From NCBI GenBank assembly GCA_902557965.1, contig CACECK010000005.1:7365-71364 (forward strand): a stretch of 64,000 nucleotides of DNA, in the 5' to 3' direction. This DNA comes from an uncultured SAR86 cluster bacterium. Its GTDB lineage: Bacteria; Pseudomonadota; Gammaproteobacteria; Magnimaribacterales; D2472. The position numbers were made by a program, and so were the translations under genes. The notes beneath the pieces were generated by a model. That model did not search any database. It saw only the letters and a program-made list of their open reading frames with translations, and was not told the DNA's origin. Below, piece after piece: positions 57,150 through 64,000 of the stretch (position 1 is the first letter of the stretch; the number at the start of each line of letters is the position of its first letter).

Positions 57150-57943
57150 TCATAGAGCTCTCAGAATTTTTTAATAATCCATCGATTATAGAAATCGGGT
57201 CATTGAAAATTCAATACTATGCTGTGACATGGTTGTTATCAGCAGTGTTTATATATCTATTTTTATCTCGAAATAAAATAATTACTGAGATTGGACTTAG
57301 TAATGACGATGTTAATGACATGGTATTTTTGTATGGGCTTTTCTTTGGAGCAATGTGTGGCGGAAGAATTGGTTATATGTTTTTTTACGGAACTAACCAG
57401 CTGATTTCAGACCCACTTTCACTTTTTTACATATGGCAAGGTGGCTTGAGCTTCCATGGTGGGCTTGTGGGCGTAATCCTGAGCTTATTATTATTTTGTA
57501 AAAGAAAAAAAATAGAGTTCTTAAGGCTCATGGATGGAGTTGCTCTTTCAATGCCTATAGGGTTAGGTCTTGTCAGAATAGGAAATTTTCTCAATGGTGA
57601 ATTATATGGAAAGGCAACAAATGGAGAGTGGGGATTTATTTTCCCGACTGATCCATTTGGTTTGTTAAGACATCCATCTCAACTGTATGAAAGTTTTGGT
57701 GAGGGCTTGGTTCTTTTTGCAATCCTTTTGATTATTTCTAAGTTCACTAAAATAAAAGGCGTAGTTTCTTCTTGTTTTTTAATAATTTATGGGCTGATTA
57801 GATTTATAATTGAATTCTATAGGCAGCCTGATGCACATATAGGTTATGTTGCATTTGATTCACTTAGTATGGGGCAGATTCTATGTTTGCCTATGATATT
57901 AATTGGAATAGTTATGTTTATTTATTCTAGGAAAACTGCATGA
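57146..57943 (+). CDS. lgt: prolipoprotein diacylglyceryl transferase
   Basis: IQYYAVTWLL, GGRIGYMFFY, GGLSFHGGL, GNFLNGELYG and RHPSQLYE. ATGA overlap with the upstream gene. Confidence 0.9.
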   Translation: MIIELSEFFNNPSIIEIGSLKIQYYAVTWLLSAVFIYLFLSRNKIITEIGLSNDDVNDMVFLYGLFFGAMCGGRIGYMFFYGTNQLISDPLSLFYIWQGGLSFHGGLVGVILSLLLFCKRKKIEFLRLMDGVALSMPIGLGLVRIGNFLNGELYGKATNGEWGFIFPTDPFGLLRHPSQLYESFGEGLVLFAILLIISKFTKIKGVVSSCFLIIYGLIRFIIEFYRQPDAHIGYVAFDSLSMGQILCLPMILIGIVMFIYSRKTA

Positions 57944-58803
57944 AAGCATATTTAGACCTTCTTAAATATATTCTTGAGAACGGCGATCAAAAAGATGATC
58001 GAACAAATACTGGTACGATTTCATCATTTGGTCATCAGCTAGAATTTGATCTGGAAAAGGGTTTTCCTGCAGTTACTACTAAATCACTTGCATGGAAGGG
58101 AGTTGTTTCTGAGTTACTTTGGTTTTTAGAGGGCTCAGATGATGAAAGAAGATTAGCTGAAATTCGTTTTAATAAAGATAGGTCAGAACTAAAAGACTTA
58201 TCAAAATTTTCTACAATATGGACTGATAATGCTGACAGTCAAGGAAAAAATCTTGGATATACTAATACTGATACTACTAAGAATCTTGGTCCAGTATATG
58301 GTGTTCAATGGCGCAATTGGTCAGGACATGACCAAATAAAAGATCTTTTACTAAATCTTAAGGAAAACCCAAACAGCAGAAGGCATATCTTATCGGCATG
58401 GAATGTTGGCGAGATTGATAAAATGGCCTTGCCTCCATGTCATGTGATGTCACAATTTTATATTAGTCAAGGGACTATTAGCTGTCACATGTATCAGAGA
58501 AGTGCCGATATGTTCCTGGGAGTTCCATTTAATATTGCTAGTTATGCTTTACTGTTATCAATTTTTGGGTCGATCCTTAATTTGAAACCAAAAAAGTTTA
58601 TACATTCATTTGGAGACGCACATATATATATGAATGCGGTCGATCAGGTTAAAGAACAGATCTCACGAAACCCAAAACCTTTACCATCTCTGAGGTTGCC
58701 TAAATTATGTTCGATTGATGATCTAAAAAATTACAAGGTGGAAGATTTTATTCTTGATAATTATGAACATCACCCTCCTATAAAGGCAGAGATGGCCGTC
58801 TAA
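57940..58803 (+). CDS. thyA: thymidylate synthase
   Basis: 287 aa with YLDLLKYIL, DRTNTGT, LPPCHVMSQFYI, YQRSADMFLGVPFNIASY and GDAHIY. Confidence 0.93.
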   Translation: MKAYLDLLKYILENGDQKDDRTNTGTISSFGHQLEFDLEKGFPAVTTKSLAWKGVVSELLWFLEGSDDERRLAEIRFNKDRSELKDLSKFSTIWTDNADSQGKNLGYTNTDTTKNLGPVYGVQWRNWSGHDQIKDLLLNLKENPNSRRHILSAWNVGEIDKMALPPCHVMSQFYISQGTISCHMYQRSADMFLGVPFNIASYALLLSIFGSILNLKPKKFIHSFGDAHIYMNAVDQVKEQISRNPKPLPSLRLPKLCSIDDLKNYKVEDFILDNYEHHPPIKAEMAV

Positions 58804-59306
58804 TGATTGTAATTTCTCATGTAGTTGCACTATCTAACAATAATGTTATTGGAAAAGATAATGATCTTCCTTGGAATTTAAAAACAGATTTGAAGCACTT
58901 CAAAGACTATACATCTAATAAAATTATAGTAATGGGTAGGAAAACATTTGAGTCTATAGGCAGGCCTTTACCAAATAGAATTAATTATGTTGTTTCTAAC
59001 ACTATTGGAGAGATTGCAGGTGCAAAAGTCTTTAATAGTACTGAGAGTGCTATTGAAGAAGCAAAGCATGAATGCTCTAGATCAGGTCAAAATGAAATTG
59101 TAATAATTGGTGGTGGTTTTCTTTTTAGAGATACTTTAAACAAAGCAAATAAGCTTGTTCTTTCAAAGGTAAAATGTGATATAGATGGTGATGTTTTTTA
59201 TCCAGATGTGGACTTAAATGATTGGGAAAAAGTAAGCAGTAATAAATTTTATCAAGACGCTGAAAACGACTACGATTTTACTGTTGAGGTTTACGAAAGA
59301 ATTTAA
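58803..59306 (+). CDS. folA: dihydrofolate reductase
   Basis: 167 aa with VIGKDNDLPWNL, VMGRKTFESIGRPLPNR and IIGGG. Confidence 0.9.
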   Translation: MIVISHVVALSNNNVIGKDNDLPWNLKTDLKHFKDYTSNKIIVMGRKTFESIGRPLPNRINYVVSNTIGEIAGAKVFNSTESAIEEAKHECSRSGQNEIVIIGGGFLFRDTLNKANKLVLSKVKCDIDGDVFYPDVDLNDWEKVSSNKFYQDAENDYDFTVEVYERI

Positions 59307-60745
59307 GTAGAACTGGTGTTTTGCTGAATATAATCCCTTCTTAAGGCAAGATTTTTAACCCTAACTTCTTCATTTTCAGTATACTTTATCCAATTGTTTG
59401 CCTGAGTTTTAATGCTTTTCTTTTTATCTCTTGCAGCTACTCTAAAGTTCTTTTTTGCATCCTCAAATTTCTGTAACTCAAAATAGGCTTGCCCTAAAGT
59501 TAAATATACTTGAGATAAGTTCTTTATTTTGCCCTTTTCTAAACCTTTCTTAATTGCCTCAACAGCTAGATCAACTTTATCTTCTGATAAATACAAGTTT
59601 CCAAGTAAAACATAAGACTCTCCATCTTTTGCCATTGCAGCAGATTTCTCTAGTACTGGAATTGCCTTATCAATTTCTTGTGCCATTCTCCATGAATCAG
59701 CTAACAGCTTAAGGTTCTTTTCTGTGTCCTTTATAACAGGAACAATTTTTTCTTCTTCAGTTTTTTCATCAACAATGGTAACCATTTTCTTTTGACCAGA
59801 AACTAATACCTGTGCTGCCCAGTAAGGATTTTTATTTAAAAGAAGTAGTTGTGCTAAAGCCTTGTATTCAGATTCCTTATCTAAGAAATCTTTTGCATGA
59901 GCGGCTTTAAGGGTAATCATGTAGTCCCTCTCTCTGCCAAGCTGACCATATGAGCCGCCAAGTTGAATGAAATAAGATTTTTTTGGATATAAATTGACCA
60001 AAATCTCATATATGTCTATTTGTCTTAATAAAGATTCTTTTTCACCTATTTCGCTTTTAAGCTCGCTAATACCGGCTGCCATAATTACGTACCAGTTCTC
60101 TCTTGGTTTATATCCCTCTTCTTCAGCTAAACTAATTGCCTTTTCCATTGAAGATAGAGACTTCTTATAGTCACCAGTAGAAAAATAGGCCTGGCCTAAT
60201 AGTGCCCATGATTGAGCAGTAACTTTTTCAACCTCTCTCATCCATTGCAAAATATACTCAATACCTTTTTGGTAATTTTCTTGCACTAAATGAAGTTGTC
60301 CCATTGATAGTAAAGCACCAACACGTAAACCGATTGTTACCTCAGGCTCATTAATTAGATTTGTGTAAGCATTCATAGCTTGTGGAAATTTGCTATCACT
60401 AAAATAAACATATGCCCATGCATTCCACATCACAGAACGGTCATAACTTTTAAGATCTTCTCTGTTATTTCTTAATTCTGTAAGAATTGAGATTACGGTC
60501 TCCATATCAGGAGCTGGCTCTCCTTTTTCATCTACTTCTTCAAGAGCCTCATAAACCTTTGCCATCTTTTTTGCAGTACTAGATTGCAATGCTCTAGCTT
60601 TTTTATATTTTCTTGTTGGGGCTAAATTTGTATTTTCTGCATTATCTGAAGTGTTTGCTGATTGCTGAGCGTTAATTTTTAAAGATACTGTTCCAATAAA
60701 TAAGGCAAAAACTGAAAATATAGATAATGTAAAATTTTTTCTCAT
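59303..60745 (-). CDS. secreted tetratricopeptide-repeat protein (TtpD-like partner of the TonB cluster)
   Basis: 480 aa with a signal peptide and multiple TPR-like A/Y/L-rich repeats. Immediately downstream of tonB. Confidence 0.7.
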   Translation of the reverse strand: MRKNFTLSIFSVFALFIGTVSLKINAQQSANTSDNAENTNLAPTRKYKKARALQSSTAKKMAKVYEALEEVDEKGEPAPDMETVISILTELRNNREDLKSYDRSVMWNAWAYVYFSDSKFPQAMNAYTNLINEPEVTIGLRVGALLSMGQLHLVQENYQKGIEYILQWMREVEKVTAQSWALLGQAYFSTGDYKKSLSSMEKAISLAEEEGYKPRENWYVIMAAGISELKSEIGEKESLLRQIDIYEILVNLYPKKSYFIQLGGSYGQLGRERDYMITLKAAHAKDFLDKESEYKALAQLLLLNKNPYWAAQVLVSGQKKMVTIVDEKTEEEKIVPVIKDTEKNLKLLADSWRMAQEIDKAIPVLEKSAAMAKDGESYVLLGNLYLSEDKVDLAVEAIKKGLEKGKIKNLSQVYLTLGQAYFELQKFEDAKKNFRVAARDKKKSIKTQANNWIKYTENEEVRVKNLALRRDYIQQNTSST

Positions 60746-60751
60746 AGCAAA

Positions 60752-61453
60752 TTAACTCTCATCAAGTATATAAGTAAATCGATGAAGTACGCCTTCAACG
60801 GGCACCGCTTTTCCATCAACTATTTTAGGCTTGTATTTTAATTTTATTGCAGCTCTAGCAGATGCACTATTAAACATAGAGCATGGTCTAAATTCAGCCT
60901 CAGGATCATCAGGTCTCTTGCTAGAGCAATAGCCCTCAATTGTTACAGCATCTTCAACACTACCAGAATCTGTAATCGTAAATTCTACAAGAGCATAGCC
61001 CATTGTTCCTCTTTCTTGAGCTCTTCTTGGATAAATAGGAACAACTTTAAATAAAGGTATATATTCTCCATCTCTAAAGAAAGATCCTCCAGCTTTAAAG
61101 TTAGGTTTTGGTTTTGCGATTGAAACATCTATACCTGTAAGAGGTGCAAGGTCAAGCTCTGGCTGAGCAATATCCTCTGGTTGTTCCTCAGGTTTATCAG
61201 GTTTATCAACCTCGGTCATAAATGTGTCAATTTGTCTTTCTGGCATAACAACATCCGCTAGCTTTACAGATGTATCTTCTTTAAGGCCACTATCACCTAA
61301 AGAAATTAAGATAACCATAATAAAAAATAATGCCAATGTAATTGCTGATGAAAAACCTATACCAGCAGCATACTTATTGGCATTGAAAGCTTTTACATAA
61401 ACGCCATGAATTGGTTTGGTTATAGAGTTTATTGCAGCAAAAACTTGATTCAT
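60752..61453 (-). CDS. tonB: energy transducer TonB
   Basis: 233 aa with an N-terminal TM helix, a Pro/Glu-rich linker (PDKPEEQPEDIAQPE) and a C-terminal YPRRAQERGTMGYALVEFTI domain. Confidence 0.8.
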   Translation of the reverse strand: MNQVFAAINSITKPIHGVYVKAFNANKYAAGIGFSSAITLALFFIMVILISLGDSGLKEDTSVKLADVVMPERQIDTFMTEVDKPDKPEEQPEDIAQPELDLAPLTGIDVSIAKPKPNFKAGGSFFRDGEYIPLFKVVPIYPRRAQERGTMGYALVEFTITDSGSVEDAVTIEGYCSSKRPDDPEAEFRPCSMFNSASARAAIKLKYKPKIVDGKAVPVEGVLHRFTYILDES

Positions 61454-61455
61454 AC

Positions 61456-61866
61456 TTATTTTGGTTCTGACGCTAAGGAGATAGCATTTACCCCAGCTTC
61501 TCTTGCTCCATCCATTACTTTAATAATAGTGTCAGCAACTGCTTTTTCGTCTGCTTGAATTACTACTGATCCTTTGGGATTATCCGCAAGCATTTTTACA
61601 ACGTTTGCCTTTACTTGTCTTACATCTATTCTTCTACCATCCATCCATACCTCATCATTTGCTCCGACTGCTATTAATATGGCGGCATTCTCTTGGGTTT
61701 CTGCAGTGTCAGAGTCTGGTCTATTAATTTCTAGACCAGGTTCCTTTATAAAGTTAGCTGTAACAATAAAGAAAATTAGCATGATGAAAACAACATCAAG
61801 CATAGGAGTTAAATTTATTTCACTCTCATCATCTTTAACTGCTGTGGTTATTGCATTACGTCTCAT
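61456..61866 (-). CDS. exbD: biopolymer transport protein ExbD/TolR
   Basis: 136 aa with INLTPMLDVVFIMLIFFIV. Confidence 0.85.
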   Translation of the reverse strand: MRRNAITTAVKDDESEINLTPMLDVVFIMLIFFIVTANFIKEPGLEINRPDSDTAETQENAAILIAVGANDEVWMDGRRIDVRQVKANVVKMLADNPKGSVVIQADEKAVADTIIKVMDGAREAGVNAISLASEPK

Positions 61867-61876
61867 TAATACTCTC

Positions 61877-62407
61877 CTATAGTTCTCTCTTAATATATTC
61901 TCTTAAATCATTTGTATGTCTATCCGAAGCACTAGTCAAATAAATACTTGCAAATACGCCTGATAGTGCAACTACCATTCCTGCCATTGTTGGGAGTGTT
62001 GCTTTAGATACTCCTCCCGCCATTGCTCTTGCATCTCCACCACCATTAAATGCCATAACTTGAAAAACCTCTATCATTCCAGTTACGGTTCCTAAAAGTC
62101 CAAAAAGAGGAGCTAGAACAACACATGTTTGGATGATTGTAAGATTCTTATTTATTTCGACTTTTGCTTGAGACAGCATTTTTTCTCTTATTTGAAGAGC
62201 GTGCCAAGAGGTTTTGTCAGAACGATTATTCCAAGTACTTGCTAAATCTTTTATGTAAAATTCATGTCCGTGAGAAAAATACCATATTCTTTCAAAGATC
62301 ATTGCCCACATAAAAAATACAAGAATAGCAATTAGCCAAAGAACACTTCCACCTGCTTCCATGAAGTCTCTTATTGATGAAAATGCTTCGGTTACTGCAA
62401 ACAACAT
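61877..62407 (-). CDS. exbB: MotA/TolQ/ExbB proton-channel protein (short ExbB)
   Basis: 176 aa with 3 TM helices and LGLLGTVTGMIEVF. Confidence 0.85.
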   Translation of the reverse strand: MLFAVTEAFSSIRDFMEAGGSVLWLIAILVFFMWAMIFERIWYFSHGHEFYIKDLASTWNNRSDKTSWHALQIREKMLSQAKVEINKNLTIIQTCVVLAPLFGLLGTVTGMIEVFQVMAFNGGGDARAMAGGVSKATLPTMAGMVVALSGVFASIYLTSASDRHTNDLREYIKREL

Positions 62408-62416
62408 AAATAACTT

Positions 62417-63805
62417 TTATTTAGTTTCTGCTCTCTCTGCAAGGATACCTGTGCTTTGTTCCTCAAGTACACTAATTATTCCTTTCGCAGAAGATGCTGT
62501 GAATGAATGTAATAGTGTTGTTGGAATTGCAACTAGCAAACCTAAGACAGTCGTTACAAGTGCTTGTGATATACCACCAGCCATAAGCTTAGGATCCCCA
62601 GTACCATATAGAGTAATCATTTGGAATGTAACGATCATTCCTGTAACTGTTCCCAATAAACCTGCTAATGGAGCTACCACTGAGATAATCCTGACAGCAC
62701 CTATGCCTCTTTCAATTGAAGGTCTTTCAGACATAATTGCTTCAGCAAGTTTTAATTCTAATGTATCAATATCTTTCTTAAAGTTTTCTTCGCCAACTTT
62801 GAGCACTCTTCCAAGTGGATTTCTCACATCAAGAACTTTTGATCCAGCTTGAGCTCTTACCGCTTTACCTAAGACAAATAAACTCCATAGTTTCCAAAAA
62901 GCAATGCCAATACCAATTAAACCAACAGTTATAATTGCATAGCCAACTTCTCTACCTTGTTGAGCTCTCTCAGCCAATGAAGGTGTTTGAATTAAATTAG
63001 CAAGCAAGCTTCCTCCAGTAGGACCAGTTGGGTCAACACCAAATTTAATTTCTTCACCTGCGTCTGCTCTTCCAATATTCTTAGCTGTTTTAGTATATCT
63101 ACCAGCTGGCTGTCTAGGTAAAAATGCATATTCTCCTGAGGATACATATTCGAGATACTTACCATCACAAACTGCATTAAAGAGACCAATCCTTGTAACA
63201 TTACAAGATGTTGATTCGCCATCAACGTCTACAACAGTTGTATCAAATGAAACAACCTGTCCGCTTGCAACCATTTCTCTTTGAAGTTCGTACCATAGGC
63301 CTTCAATTTCTCTAATAGTTGGTAGTTCAGTTGTCTCTGACATTTTTGCTGTTAGTTCATTCAAGAAGCTAACTCTTTCAAGACCATATTGAGCACTTGT
63401 AAGTGAGCCAGAAAATTGGACTGCAGCTTCGCCAGCAGAACTCTGTAAGTGACCAAAGAGTTCAACTAAAGAACCAAGCTCTTTTTGATAGGCTTCTTCT
63501 TTTACTCTTAGAATCTCTTCATTCTTTTTATATTCAGCTTCAAGTTGATCTGCAATTTTTTCTTGTCTTGCAAGTTCTCTTTTTTCGGCAGCAAGTATCG
63601 AAGCCTGATTATTTTTTTCAGCCATAAACTTTGCTTCTCTTTCTGAATTTGCAGATTGTTCTTGAGTCTTTCCCTCTTTAACGAGCATTAATAATTGTTC
63701 CACCGTAGATACTTCTACAGCCTCCTCTTCAGAGTCCTGAGCTAGCAAAACAACATTAAAGGATAAAACTAAAGTAAGTAAAAATCTTGATAAGTAATTT
63801 TTCAT
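62417..63805 (-). CDS. large MotA/TolQ/ExbB family protein with N-terminal coiled-coil periplasmic domain (TtpC-like)
   Basis: 462 aa with a signal peptide, a charged coiled-coil region of about 250 aa, then an ExbB-like C-terminus (LAGLLGTVTGMIVTF). Confidence 0.8.
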   Translation of the reverse strand: MKNYLSRFLLTLVLSFNVVLLAQDSEEEAVEVSTVEQLLMLVKEGKTQEQSANSEREAKFMAEKNNQASILAAEKRELARQEKIADQLEAEYKKNEEILRVKEEAYQKELGSLVELFGHLQSSAGEAAVQFSGSLTSAQYGLERVSFLNELTAKMSETTELPTIREIEGLWYELQREMVASGQVVSFDTTVVDVDGESTSCNVTRIGLFNAVCDGKYLEYVSSGEYAFLPRQPAGRYTKTAKNIGRADAGEEIKFGVDPTGPTGGSLLANLIQTPSLAERAQQGREVGYAIITVGLIGIGIAFWKLWSLFVLGKAVRAQAGSKVLDVRNPLGRVLKVGEENFKKDIDTLELKLAEAIMSERPSIERGIGAVRIISVVAPLAGLLGTVTGMIVTFQMITLYGTGDPKLMAGGISQALVTTVLGLLVAIPTTLLHSFTASSAKGIISVLEEQSTGILAERAETK

Positions 63806-64000
63806 TATAGCTCTCCTTTGACGATAGGCATTAGCAACATATCTGTTGGAGTAAGTTTCTTAGCCATCCTAATTCCATCTCTTATTGGTTTTCTATATGT
63901 TGAAGATAGCTCTTCCCATGAACCAGTTTCATTATTCCATCTTCCGCTAGATCTCTCATCTTTAGTCTGATAAAACATACCAATTCTTCCAATTACAAGA
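63805..64000 (-). CDS. DUF3450 (TtpB-like) protein, C-terminal 64 codons; the 5' part is outside the window
   Basis: My own translation is ...LVIGRIGMFYQTKDERSSGRWNNETGSWEELSSTYRKPIRDGIRMAKKLTPTDMLLMPIVKGEL. The stop overlaps the next ATG (TAATG). Confidence 0.6.
   Translation of the reverse strand, partial: LVIGRIGMFYQTKDERSSGRWNNETGSWEELSSTYRKPIRDGIRMAKKLTPTDMLLMPIVKGEL

Noticed and set aside
62417-63805. The large MotA-like protein with a coiled-coil domain could suggest a Zorya-type (ZorA/ZorB) defence system or a flagellar stator.
   Set aside because: It is embedded in a DUF3450-ExbB-ExbD-TonB-TPR cluster that matches the known TonB2/Ttp arrangement. There is no ZorC/ZorD-like helicase or nuclease, no MotB/OmpA-like partner, and the size is well below ZorA.
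1-64000. A scan for CRISPR arrays, IS/transposase ends, rRNA, tmRNA, RNase P, 6S or SRP RNA, and large direct or inverted repeats.
   Set aside because: None was seen. The largest non-coding spacers are about 134, 126 and 92 nt, too short for those RNAs. The only tandem repeat of note is the in-frame lptD repeat.

Overview
This is an AT-rich (roughly one-third G+C by eye), extremely gene-dense chromosomal segment. I infer a streamlined, probably marine, gammaproteobacterium (SAR86-like), but this is not proven. Nearly every gene is a recognisable core function. Gene order repeatedly mirrors Pseudomonas/E. coli blocks as I recall them: rpe-(DUF192)-trpEGDC; amgK-murU next to lptD-surA-pdxA-rsmA-apaH; cca; folK-folB-tsaD divergent from rpsU; rph-pyrE; gmk-rpoZ-spoT-ridA; rubredoxin divergent from ubiC-ubiA; yqiB-yqiA; GS-ntrB-ntrC; rhodanese/gpm; mutY-yggX; rppH; lgt-thyA-folA; and a DUF3450/TtpC-like/ExbB/ExbD/TonB/TPR energy-transduction cluster. 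There is one tRNA-Phe. Genes mostly abut or overlap (ATGA/TAATG junctions on the same strand, TTAA stop-stop overlaps at convergent junctions). Only one canonical intrinsic terminator is visible. I found no CRISPR array, IS element, integrase, prophage, rRNA or obvious defence island, and no clear-cut novel multi-gene system. The observations most worth a second look are: (1) an in-frame Met-rich 27-nt tandem repeat inside LptD; (2) a type II (eukaryote-like) glutamine synthetase in the glnA slot upstream of ntrBC, with TGCA-type dyads but no -24/-12 promoter; (3) a rubredoxin ORF missing from the ORF track and translationally coupled to an amino-acid/dicarboxylate symporter; (4) a minimal SF2 helicase plus a thioredoxin-fold gene appended to the trp operon; (5) a small-protein locus split at an A9 homopolymer. 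Several ORF-track starts were trimmed to internal ATGs that remove overlaps into upstream genes.
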